Shown: one piece after another, positions 21,752-30,805 of the stretch
Layout of the letters: each line of letters begins with the position of its first letter
Numbering within the stretch: the first letter of the stretch is position 1
NCBI GenBank assembly: GCA_002470825.1
Contig: DKOR01000014.1
Location: 7,021 to 71,020 of the forward strand
Reading direction: 5' to 3'
From: Thiotrichaceae bacterium UBA7357
GTDB lineage: Bacteria; Pseudomonadota; Gammaproteobacteria; Eutrophobiales; Eutrophobiaceae
DNA: 64,000 nucleotides
The notes under the pieces: generated by a model
The model's input: the letters and a program-made list of their open reading frames with translations, nothing else
Database searches by the model: none
What the model was told of the DNA's origin: nothing
Position numbers and translations under genes: made by a program

Positions 21752-22402
21752 TCAGTTTGATTTTAAATCTGGACTAACAACGAACTCAGCTTGAGTTTTT
21801 TCCCTAATTTCATCCAAATCAACACCTGGAGCCAATTCAATCAAGGTAGGTTTATCTTCTTCAAATTGAAACACGGCTAAGTTTGTTATTAAAAGGTCCG
21901 TTACACTGGAGCCTGTCAAAGGAAGATCGCAAGACTTAAGAAACTTAGGACTACCGTCTTTTGCCGTGTGGTCCATAATAACAACGACTTTATTTACACC
22001 CGCGACTAAATCCATTGCGCCACCCATGCCTTTAATCATCTTGCCAGGTATCATCCAGTTTGCTAAATCTCCATTTTGAGCAACCTGCATGGCGCCTAAA
22101 ATTGCTAAATTAATATGCCCACCACGAATCATGGCAAAACTATCTGCACTGGAAAAATAACTAGTTTGGTCTAACTCGGAAATAGTTTGCTTACCCGCAT
22201 TGATTAAATCAGGATCAACTTGATCTGGGTAAGGAAATGGTCCCATACCAAGCATACCATTTTCACTTTCTAATATGACTTGTACATTGTCGGGGATATA
22301 GTTTGCGACTAAAGTTGGTATTCCAATACCCAGATTAACATAAAACCCATCTTGCAACTCTTCCGCAGCACGTTGCGCTATTTCTTCTCTAGACCATGGC
22401 AT
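21752..22402 (-). CDS. 3-oxoacid CoA-transferase subunit B
   Basis: 216 aa beta subunit of the family I CoA-transferase (ScoB/AtoA). It is paired with the subunit A gene 15 nt upstream. Confidence 0.9.
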   Translation of the reverse strand: MPWSREEIAQRAAEELQDGFYVNLGIGIPTLVANYIPDNVQVILESENGMLGMGPFPYPDQVDPDLINAGKQTISELDQTSYFSSADSFAMIRGGHINLAILGAMQVAQNGDLANWMIPGKMIKGMGGAMDLVAGVNKVVVIMDHTAKDGSPKFLKSCDLPLTGSSVTDLLITNLAVFQFEEDKPTLIELAPGVDLDEIREKTQAEFVVSPDLKSN

Positions 22403-22417
22403 AATTATAATCCTCTA

Positions 22418-23122
22418 CTAAGCTACGTATTCACGTGTAGTCATTATTTCGATAGGTTTTTTATGGTCAGTACCAACGATAAAGCCATTCACATAAATAC
22501 CTGGCGTATGGATATGATCAGGATCAAAATCTCCCAAGCTCACATATTCTTCAACCTCGGCAATCGTTGTTTTTCCAGCCGTTGCCATCACAGGATTGAA
22601 GTTTCTAGCTGTTTTTCGGTAAACTAAATTACCTTCATCATCCGCTTTCCATGCCTTGACAAGAGATAAATCGGCCACCAAACCAGTCTCTAATATATAG
22701 GTCTCACCATTAAATTCTTTATGCTCTTTACCTTCAGCAATAACCGTTCCAACACCTGTTTTAGTATAAAAACCAGCAATACCTGCACCACCTGCTCGAC
22801 AACGCTCAGCTAAAGTTCCTTGAGGATTAAATTCTAGTTCTAACTCACCCTTCATATATTGTTGTTCAAATGTTTTATTTCCACCAACATAAGATGAAAC
22901 CATTTTTTTTATTTGTCGTGTATGCAGTAAAATCCCCAAACCAAAGTCATCTATTCCGCAATTATTTGAAATCACGGAAATATCTTTCACGCCTGAATCA
23001 CGTAATGCAGTAATCAAATACTCTGGGATACCACAGAGACCAAAGCCACCTGCCATAATGGTCATACCATCAAACAGAATTCCTTCCAAAGCCTCTGACG
23101 CGCTATTTTTTAATTTATTCAT
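22418..23122 (-). CDS. 3-oxoacid CoA-transferase subunit A
   Basis: 234 aa alpha subunit of the family I CoA-transferase (ScoA/AtoD) (GGFGLCGIPE motif). Confidence 0.9.
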   Translation of the reverse strand: MNKLKNSASEALEGILFDGMTIMAGGFGLCGIPEYLITALRDSGVKDISVISNNCGIDDFGLGILLHTRQIKKMVSSYVGGNKTFEQQYMKGELELEFNPQGTLAERCRAGGAGIAGFYTKTGVGTVIAEGKEHKEFNGETYILETGLVADLSLVKAWKADDEGNLVYRKTARNFNPVMATAGKTTIAEVEEYVSLGDFDPDHIHTPGIYVNGFIVGTDHKKPIEIMTTREYVA

Positions 23123-23419
23123 TTACAGACACCCTTATGTTTTAACTTTGTATTCAATATTCGGTGAAAGTGCTACACAACCGTATAATGAGTATTAAGT
23201 TTTTTAAATACGAGTACTAAGAACAATGTGTCTTTTCTCATAGTAACAGATTGCACTTTATCTCTATACTGATTCCAATTAAGACTTATTTATTAGTTAT
23301 ATATATATTGCCAAAAATAAAATCATAAATAAATACTATACTTCGATAAAAGAATCTATTGTAGATGAATTTCGATATAAGAATAAGCATGTGCATAAAA
23401 TTGATATTGCTTTTTTCAA

Positions 23420-23457
23420 AACTTCTCATCCATGAGCAATGTCATGGATGAGAAGTT
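23420..23457 (-). terminator. 16-bp perfect inverted repeat (AACTTCTCATCCATGA-gcaatg-TCATGGATGAGAAGTT) downstream of the RND gene; probable terminator or insulating hairpin
   Basis: Perfect 16-bp stem with a 6-nt loop, 38-75 nt downstream of the RND stop. It is flanked by a T6 run on one side and an A5 run on the other. The U-tract on the minus strand is imperfect (UUUGAAAAAA). Confidence 0.4.
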
Positions 23458-23494
23458 GAAAAATCAATTACCTCAATTTTTTAGCTTAATTTAC

Positions 23495-25930
23495 TTATGC
23501 GGGTGTACTATCCGTTAATGCTGAGTCGGCCGCATCAGTAGTTTGATCTCGTTCTTCATTAAAAATGAATTTTGGTTTAAATATATATGCCATAGCAGGC
23601 ATCAAGAACAATGCTGACAGAGCAGATACAGTTAGCCACATACCGATTAACATACCCATTTCAGCCTGAAAGCGTAAGGATGAAAACAGCCACACACCAA
23701 CACTAACAATTAACACTAGAGCGGTAACCAATACACCACGACCAGCGCAATGTAATGATATTCCTATTGCCTCTAGATGCGTTTTTCCTGAATCATACTC
23801 ACCTTTTATACGATCACATATATACAGCGTGTAATCTACCCCCAAACCAATACCCAGAGCAGCAACCGGGACAGTATTAATATTCATACCAATGTTTTGC
23901 CAAGACATAAAGGCAAAGGTGACGAGATTCGCTAGGACTACCGGCACCATAAAAAACAAACCAGCAATACTTGAGCGGTAGACAAACATACACATCATCA
24001 CAAGGATAAATAACGCAAGCGCGATAGACTGTATCTGACCAGACAATATAACTTCATTCACAGAAGCGATCACACCGATGATTCCACCCGCCAATCTAAA
24101 ATTTGCAAGCTCCTGTAACTCAGGATTATCTTTTATGAATTGCTTAACACGCGCAATTGCCGTTGCAATCGTGTCACCTTTTCTATCAGAGAAATACATC
24201 AGTACAGAAGCATAGTTAATATCAACGTCAGTGAAGCGTAATAAATCACCAGGTTCAGCTGCACGTTCAAACATAAACAATAATTCACCATTCTGATCGG
24301 TAGTTGTACCTAATTCAGAGTACCTAAAATTACCTTCACGTAATGTTTGATTCACAGATGGAAGCACATCTGCTACAGATATAGTGGCGCCAATTTCTTT
24401 TTGCTGCTCCATATATTGTTGAAAACGCAACATACCATCAAGGATTTCAACATTTTTTATCTTCCCGACGACCTTGCCACCAAACTCATTTTTGGCTCCT
24501 TCCTCGACACCACCAACCACGACAAACATACGGTCAGCACCAGGGAATTGCTTATTGATGCTTGCAGAATCTACATTATAACGACCATCTGGCCATAGGA
24601 TTGGAGAACCTGGATTTGAATCACCAACATCTAAATCTTGCGCTAAATACCCACTACCAATAAACACTATCGTTGCTAGAAAAACGACAACATACCTTGC
24701 TTTTGTTGCAACCACTCTGACACAAATATCTAGGAAGGGTCTGATGACTAATAAGTCTAAGTTAAGTGGATGTGCATAAGATTTCGGATTTTTAACCCAT
24801 GATAATAAAACTGGTGTCACGACAAGTGAACTAATCGCAACTGTACCAACCCAGACAACCGCCAGAACAACTAATTTTTGCAGTAATGGAATTGGACTAA
24901 TCGCGACTACTGTCACACAACCTGCATCTGTTGCTATACCCAACAAACCAGGGCGCAACAAATCTTTCATTGTTGTTGTTGCAGCTGATAAAGAATTAAC
25001 GTCTTTATTATCATCTACTTTGTCGATCTCTTCATGATATCGCGTCATCATCTGTACAGAATGAGATACCGCTCTAGCAGTTATCAACATAGCAACAACA
25101 ACAACAAGCGGATCAAAGTGAATACCACAGAGTTGCGCCACACCTAACGCCCATATAGCACTAATAGCACCAGACAACAGCGGTAAAATAGTCCCACGCC
25201 AAGTTCTGTTTATAACAAACAGTAATACAAGAAATATTGATGCAGCTATACTAATAAGTTTCATTGTTTCTGGCAGGTAATGGTCTACCCAGCCATATAA
25301 AATCGGATTACCTACCAAACTTATATCGACAGTCTCATCATCAAGTTGTTTGACCAAATCGTAAGCTTGTTCATACGCCAGGTTGAAATCAAGTAAATTA
25401 TCAAAAAAATCAACCGTAATAAGTGTTGCTGTTAAATCTTTCGATACGAAAGGGCCGTAGACCAAGGGACTACGAAGTATAGCTTCTTTCATGTAGTCAA
25501 TATCTGCTTGAGTTTCAGGCAATTCTGGCCACATATACGGAAAACTTTCAATACCAACTGTAGAAGCTCGAGTCTCTTTGAGTTTCTTACCGGCTATAGA
25601 AAAAATTTGAAATTCATTGATGGCATCAATTGAATACAATCCTTTAGTGAGATCCCGTATTTTCTTCAATACAGGCATTTGAAAGATATCACCTTCGGTA
25701 GATTGAACCATGAAGGTCATAATATTAGTACCACCAAAAGTGTCTTTAAACTGCTCATGAACTTTAATGTATTCATGCGAACCAGGCTGTAAATCTTCAA
25801 ATACTGTTTTAACATCTATTTTATAGGCAAAGTTTGCCAATATAGCTGTCAAAAAAACAACCAGTCCAAGAACTACTTTTCGATGTCTCATGCAAAATAG
25901 TGCCAAATTCTCTAACATTTCTTTCTCCAA
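23495..25930 (-). CDS. RND-superfamily exporter (MMPL/HpnN-like; 12 TM with two large periplasmic loops)
   Basis: 811 aa with two blocks of about 6 TM helices, each preceded by a large soluble loop. The typical N-terminus MLENLALFCMRHRKVVLGLVVFL is present. Confidence 0.85.
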   Translation of the reverse strand: MEKEMLENLALFCMRHRKVVLGLVVFLTAILANFAYKIDVKTVFEDLQPGSHEYIKVHEQFKDTFGGTNIMTFMVQSTEGDIFQMPVLKKIRDLTKGLYSIDAINEFQIFSIAGKKLKETRASTVGIESFPYMWPELPETQADIDYMKEAILRSPLVYGPFVSKDLTATLITVDFFDNLLDFNLAYEQAYDLVKQLDDETVDISLVGNPILYGWVDHYLPETMKLISIAASIFLVLLFVINRTWRGTILPLLSGAISAIWALGVAQLCGIHFDPLVVVVAMLITARAVSHSVQMMTRYHEEIDKVDDNKDVNSLSAATTTMKDLLRPGLLGIATDAGCVTVVAISPIPLLQKLVVLAVVWVGTVAISSLVVTPVLLSWVKNPKSYAHPLNLDLLVIRPFLDICVRVVATKARYVVVFLATIVFIGSGYLAQDLDVGDSNPGSPILWPDGRYNVDSASINKQFPGADRMFVVVGGVEEGAKNEFGGKVVGKIKNVEILDGMLRFQQYMEQQKEIGATISVADVLPSVNQTLREGNFRYSELGTTTDQNGELLFMFERAAEPGDLLRFTDVDINYASVLMYFSDRKGDTIATAIARVKQFIKDNPELQELANFRLAGGIIGVIASVNEVILSGQIQSIALALFILVMMCMFVYRSSIAGLFFMVPVVLANLVTFAFMSWQNIGMNINTVPVAALGIGLGVDYTLYICDRIKGEYDSGKTHLEAIGISLHCAGRGVLVTALVLIVSVGVWLFSSLRFQAEMGMLIGMWLTVSALSALFLMPAMAYIFKPKFIFNEERDQTTDAADSALTDSTPA

Positions 25931-25992
25931 CGAGCCGAAATAAAAATCTTCGACTACCCCTAATTATTTATTATTATTTGAATTTAATAGAT

Positions 25993-27066
25993 TTAATCAG
26001 CAAACAATGTCCATGCATTTGACTTAATTTCCATTGCGCCTACTGTTTGACCAACTGACAAAAAGCTACCACCATCAATAGCCAATTCTGTGTGTGAAGT
26101 TAAATCTGTGTCTGACAAATTTCTTGAATCAAACTGAGTCATATCTGCTGAAAATTTTATCCACTTACCTTTATTACCCACAGCGACCCACTCGTTTGTT
26201 TCATCAGACCAATCTACATCCATTAAATGTTCCGTCATACCAGAAACTTTAGGGTCAATATAAGTCCAAGTTTCACCACCATCACTTGTAGCGACGATTG
26301 AACCGCCCAGTCCTACAACGACACCTTCCTGAGGTGAACGAAACGCAACAGCAGTAAAACTGTTAGGACTGTTTGTTTGAGTATCTTTCCACGTCTGACC
26401 ATTGTCAGCACTCTTAAATATGAGACCAAATTCACCAGCTATAAAAAGTGTAGTGTCGTTAACTCGAACTATGTCGTTCATGAAGACATCTTCTTCTTCA
26501 CGCATTTGTTTCCACGTTTCACCATAATCAAGCGATTGAAGAATCATACCCATCTCACCTACCGCCCAACCCTCACCATCGGGGTAGGAATGAACACGCA
26601 GTAGCTTATTCGCAGTTTCTGACTTTGGTGACTCAACTTCAATCCAGTTTTTACCACCATCACTAGTCCTGAGGGTCACACCATTATTTCCTACTGCCAC
26701 TGAATTATTTTCGTCCCAAGACGTGATATCTTGCAGATGTGATACTGTCGGAGCAGTTTGACTCTCCCAACTTTTACCCTTGTCCGTTGATATTATAATT
26801 TTTCCATAATTACCAACAGCCATGTAAACATCAGAATTCACTTTGCTCAAACCAAAAATATTGTCTCGGACATTTATCACCGGCGGGATAACTTCTTCTA
26901 TTACTGCTGTAGGTTTAATGAAAATACCAGCCCACAGTAATGTACCTACAATCGCCCAAGGCATTATAGATACAATAAGTTTTGCTATTTTCTGCACAAT
27001 TGATTCAGCAGTATTAGATATTTCGGATGTTTTTTCTACTGCAGTATTATTTTCTGACATATTCAT
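25993..27066 (-). CDS. BNR/Asp-box repeat beta-propeller protein (Ycf48-like), N-terminal membrane anchor
   Basis: 357 aa with repeated S-x-D-G-G-x-T-W motifs (TDKGKSWE, SDGGKNW, LDYGETW, ADNGQTW, SDGGETW) and one N-terminal hydrophobic helix. Confidence 0.75.
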   Translation of the reverse strand: MNMSENNTAVEKTSEISNTAESIVQKIAKLIVSIMPWAIVGTLLWAGIFIKPTAVIEEVIPPVINVRDNIFGLSKVNSDVYMAVGNYGKIIISTDKGKSWESQTAPTVSHLQDITSWDENNSVAVGNNGVTLRTSDGGKNWIEVESPKSETANKLLRVHSYPDGEGWAVGEMGMILQSLDYGETWKQMREEEDVFMNDIVRVNDTTLFIAGEFGLIFKSADNGQTWKDTQTNSPNSFTAVAFRSPQEGVVVGLGGSIVATSDGGETWTYIDPKVSGMTEHLMDVDWSDETNEWVAVGNKGKWIKFSADMTQFDSRNLSDTDLTSHTELAIDGGSFLSVGQTVGAMEIKSNAWTLFAD

Positions 27067-27178
27067 AACGACCCTTCTTCATAATGTGTTTCTTAACCAT
27101 CAGAATCTAAAAAGACATTAGTAATCCTTTTAATGGTTAACGTGTCATTTGTTTTTGAATACACCCCTAAATAAAAAT

Positions 27179-27213
27179 GGTGACTGCTAGAAAAGAATTA
27201 TCCAGCAGTCACC
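27179..27213 (-). terminator. intrinsic-terminator-like hairpin between the DUF1329 and BNR genes
   Basis: 10-bp perfect stem GGTGACTGCT/AGCAGTCACC with a 15-nt loop. On the minus-strand transcript it is followed by AUUUUUAUUU (plus-strand AAATAAAAAT at 27169-27178). Confidence 0.4.
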
Positions 27214-27248
27214 TTTGTGGGGAGAACAATATTAAAACTAATTTATTC

Positions 27249-28526
27249 TTATTTTGCGATACTGATTAACTTTTTAAGAGTCACATCGTCCGCTTCAACA
27301 CCCGCTGGGTTAGCCTTCATGTTAGATGACCATGTTGTAGAGAACTCAGCCTTCCAATCGATGATGTGACCAACAACTGGCATAGTGGATAAGTATCCAT
27401 CATCACCAACGTCACGACGGTTTTGGAAAATAAATGATTTCCAAAATTTGCCGTTTTGATCAAGTGCTTCTCCGTAGTAAGGGCGCGGATAATCAACTTC
27501 CATCCAAACAGTTTTCTTACTGTATGGATGTTCGACTGGTGGAACACCCTCGATTACAAATACTTCACGTGGCTCCCACTGCACTTGTGGCGCAGGGAAA
27601 AAGTGTGGAGGAATGTCCATGCCTACAGCGGGGAACTCTTTAATGGTGTTTTTGTACGTTAAGTCAACAGTCATAAGCGGTGCATGCGCAATTGCGAATA
27701 TCCATTGTCGACCTAGCAACTTAGTAGACTGATATTTGGTAGGAACCGCATCCCAAATATCCCAATCATCATACAATTGCACGGTACCACCAATTGGATC
27801 CATCCAAGAACTACCCGTCAAACGACGAGCACGACGAACAGACTTTAAATAAGCCCAAGTGTCATCTGGTGTTTTTGAAGTAGGATCGTTATAACGGATC
27901 TGGAAAATACCTAAACCTTTAATATCCTGAGGATAGGTAGCAACCAAAACAGTTTTTTGCATGATACTGCCATCGCCTTCAGAAATAGGACCGCCATCTA
28001 GACGTCCTTCCATATAGTAACGCTGAGCCCACCAACGTTGGATACGTTCCATACCCTTCGTGGCGTCCAAGAATACCCATGAAATGTGACGAAGATCCAT
28101 AGTGGCACCATATGTAGGTCCACGCAAATTCCAGATCAACTTGTCTCCTGCATGCGGATCATCCATCTTCACATCTTGTGGATCAAAGAACATCCCTGCT
28201 GTCCAACCAGTTGCAGTTCGGTCAGTTGGATTAAATTTTACAGTTTCCTTGCTCTTCTGAGTCCATGACATGTACTTTTCATCCATTGGCACAGGCTCTG
28301 AATGACGAACAGGTATTGCTAAATGATGATTACGAATCATCCACTCATACTTGCCTGGCAACATGTCACCTACACGCTTACCTTCAAATGTCATATCGAT
28401 AACACTATCCAGGTTTGCGGCATTAATGATTGTGCCTTCTGGCATTTCTTCAGCAATAGAGCTCAGGGGAGCGCCAACGAGCAACCCCAAAGATACTACT
28501 GATGTAGCTAATATTTTCATATACAT
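27249..28526 (-). CDS. DUF1329-family periplasmic protein (LolA-like fold suspected), signal peptide
   Basis: 425 aa with an N-terminal signal peptide. Its size and composition match the DUF1329 proteins that accompany DUF1302; the family call is from memory. Confidence 0.6.
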   Translation of the reverse strand: MYMKILATSVVSLGLLVGAPLSSIAEEMPEGTIINAANLDSVIDMTFEGKRVGDMLPGKYEWMIRNHHLAIPVRHSEPVPMDEKYMSWTQKSKETVKFNPTDRTATGWTAGMFFDPQDVKMDDPHAGDKLIWNLRGPTYGATMDLRHISWVFLDATKGMERIQRWWAQRYYMEGRLDGGPISEGDGSIMQKTVLVATYPQDIKGLGIFQIRYNDPTSKTPDDTWAYLKSVRRARRLTGSSWMDPIGGTVQLYDDWDIWDAVPTKYQSTKLLGRQWIFAIAHAPLMTVDLTYKNTIKEFPAVGMDIPPHFFPAPQVQWEPREVFVIEGVPPVEHPYSKKTVWMEVDYPRPYYGEALDQNGKFWKSFIFQNRRDVGDDGYLSTMPVVGHIIDWKAEFSTTWSSNMKANPAGVEADDVTLKKLISIAK

Positions 28527-28614
28527 ATATAAATACTCCTACCTTTTTTAAAATCGTCCTGCATCACTGCAGGGCATTATGGTTAAATCATTTTTCATAT
28601 TTTTACTACTTAGA

Positions 28615-30324
28615 TCAGAACTGCCTCGTAACCTTCAAGACAATTTGGTTATCATCGGCAAACCAATCAAATAGCGATGCGTTACCTTCACGAAAACCAA
28701 GAGGGTTCGAAGTGCCGGCGGCTAATGTACCACCTACACCCGATGTTTGATTGTTAAAGCCAGACCCGATATTGTCTGATGCTGTATTCTTTTTATCACC
28801 ATCATTCCACCAGAGATCAGCTTCTAACTTCACACGCCAATCGTCGCCAAAGACAAACTCAACTGCAGCGATACCAAAACCACCACCGTTGCTCAAGTCT
28901 GTACCAGCAACAAACATAGGATTAATTGTGTCACGCTTGAAATTTAGTAGGGTGAATACAGTCAAGTAGGCCGTATGTTCTCTCTTTTGTGCACCAAAAG
29001 AAGCAAACTCAACGATTTCATCGCTGTCGCTGTGATCGAGTATCCATGTGTCGAAAAGCTGAACACTAGAAAGTGATGGGCGGTTAGTCCCAATATATCT
29101 ACCCAACTTAAATTCCTTATCAATACGGAACATAGTGACTAATGTATCTTTCTCTATAATGCCGCCCCAACCAGGTAAATCTGATGCTAACTGACCAAAG
29201 TTAAAAGGTTTATTTGGAATGAACGCTACTTCGGCACTCAACGTTGAATCAATCGCTTGAGCATAACCGTTTGCACTCACACCAAAAACGTTAATGTGTG
29301 GATAAATCCAATCACCCAACACACCGTTTTCTGCAGCTTCACTAAAATGACTCTGCGTGCCATCAACTCCAAAGAGAGCCGTGGAAGCACTATTAGCTGG
29401 GTTCATCATCGGCGTTGGGTTAAAAGTTCTTAAGAACGCGACAGAGTAACCAATTGAACCAATTTCACTGTTCCAACGAAAACCGAATGTCGGATCATCT
29501 TGTGAACCGTCTGTGTGGTCTGCGTTATAGTCTGTGAACGCGGTGAAATCTACACCACGATACGGATGTGGAATCCAACGTCCACCCTCAATATTGTAGT
29601 TGCTGCCCACATCATCATCACGATCAAGTCCTGGTCGGATGAAGAAGTTTAATGAACCACCAAGTTCGTCATAGAGATCGAGATCAAAATTGACTAAAAA
29701 TAGTGGTTTACGCCAATCTTCGTTGTTCTCAAAAAAGAGTCTCCAACGATAATCAAAACCATGCACCAAATCCATTGCTTGGAAGAAATCACTTTCTCCC
29801 CAAACCAATTGCTGCTTACCTACACGCATATTCAACTTACCGTCAAATAACGAAAAGTCAGCGTAATATTCGCGAAAGAATTCTTGTAAATGGTTTGTAT
29901 TGTATTGATCCATGTAGTTGTTAGAACTACCAGCTTCACCAGCAGTACTTGTACCCGCTGTGATTCTTTGGAGGCTATCCATGTAATCCGTCTTGTACTC
30001 TCTATCAAAGCGACTGACGATTTTCCATGAAACTGGGCCTGTATAGATGTCTGTGTCTATTAATAGAGTAGCCCGAGCCATTGTAAGGTCAAATTTGTCA
30101 TCTTCTGGCGTTTCTTCATGGTCTTCAAGACCCATGCCGAAATATGTACGAGCGTAACCACTGATTTGCCAGCTCCATTCTTCACCATAGCCGCCTGTAC
30201 ACGTATCACAAGAAGGCTCACTTGCTAGATGACCGTCGGCGAATGCAGAACTTGTCGCAAATGTTCCTCCGAAACACAATAGAAAACCCATGGTTTTCAA
30301 AATATTGCTGTTATATTTTTTCAT
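28615..30324 (-). CDS. DUF1302-family outer-membrane protein (beta-barrel-like, C-terminal Phe)
   Basis: 569 aa with a signal peptide, a Gly/aromatic-rich beta-strand pattern and a terminal …VTRQF typical of OMPs. It is paired with DUF1329 as in the conserved DUF1302/DUF1329 gene pairs. Confidence 0.6.
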   Translation of the reverse strand: MKKYNSNILKTMGFLLCFGGTFATSSAFADGHLASEPSCDTCTGGYGEEWSWQISGYARTYFGMGLEDHEETPEDDKFDLTMARATLLIDTDIYTGPVSWKIVSRFDREYKTDYMDSLQRITAGTSTAGEAGSSNNYMDQYNTNHLQEFFREYYADFSLFDGKLNMRVGKQQLVWGESDFFQAMDLVHGFDYRWRLFFENNEDWRKPLFLVNFDLDLYDELGGSLNFFIRPGLDRDDDVGSNYNIEGGRWIPHPYRGVDFTAFTDYNADHTDGSQDDPTFGFRWNSEIGSIGYSVAFLRTFNPTPMMNPANSASTALFGVDGTQSHFSEAAENGVLGDWIYPHINVFGVSANGYAQAIDSTLSAEVAFIPNKPFNFGQLASDLPGWGGIIEKDTLVTMFRIDKEFKLGRYIGTNRPSLSSVQLFDTWILDHSDSDEIVEFASFGAQKREHTAYLTVFTLLNFKRDTINPMFVAGTDLSNGGGFGIAAVEFVFGDDWRVKLEADLWWNDGDKKNTASDNIGSGFNNQTSGVGGTLAAGTSNPLGFREGNASLFDWFADDNQIVLKVTRQF

Positions 30325-30805
30325 TCCTCCCCCTTAAAGAGTTTTAAAAATTTAAATCATCAAAACTACATCACCATTATCAATAAGACGAAGATTAGTT
30401 TTTAGAAATATATCTAGCAAGGTAGCAACAAGTTCTATGCCAAAAGAAGATATCGCTTTTAAAATGAAGCTAAGCTACTGATAATCATATATTAAATTTT
30501 TTTAAACTCGGTTCTAAGCTTTAATTTATCGAGCTATATAGGAACGATTGTGTCCTATCATAGAACGGTTCCTTTAATTATTTGCTGTAAAATTTTATTA
30601 ATTTCAAAATAATTAAAGTTATCATTCAAAATTTCCATATATATTAACTGTTTACCTGAGTAAATAACCTGTTTTGTGTGAGTTAATGAATAATGGTAAT
30701 ATCTATGCAACAACACAAAGCAATAGTTAATACCTCAATGAAATTAACATCCTGTTGTATTCCTGATAATTTTTTTACATAAGAGAATGGTGAAACACTC
30801 ATTTC

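Noticed and set aside
28560-28580. Short hairpin CCTGCA-tcac-TGCAGG in the DUF1302/DUF1329 intergenic region
   Set aside because: It has a 6-bp stem without a proper U-tract, so it is likely incidental.
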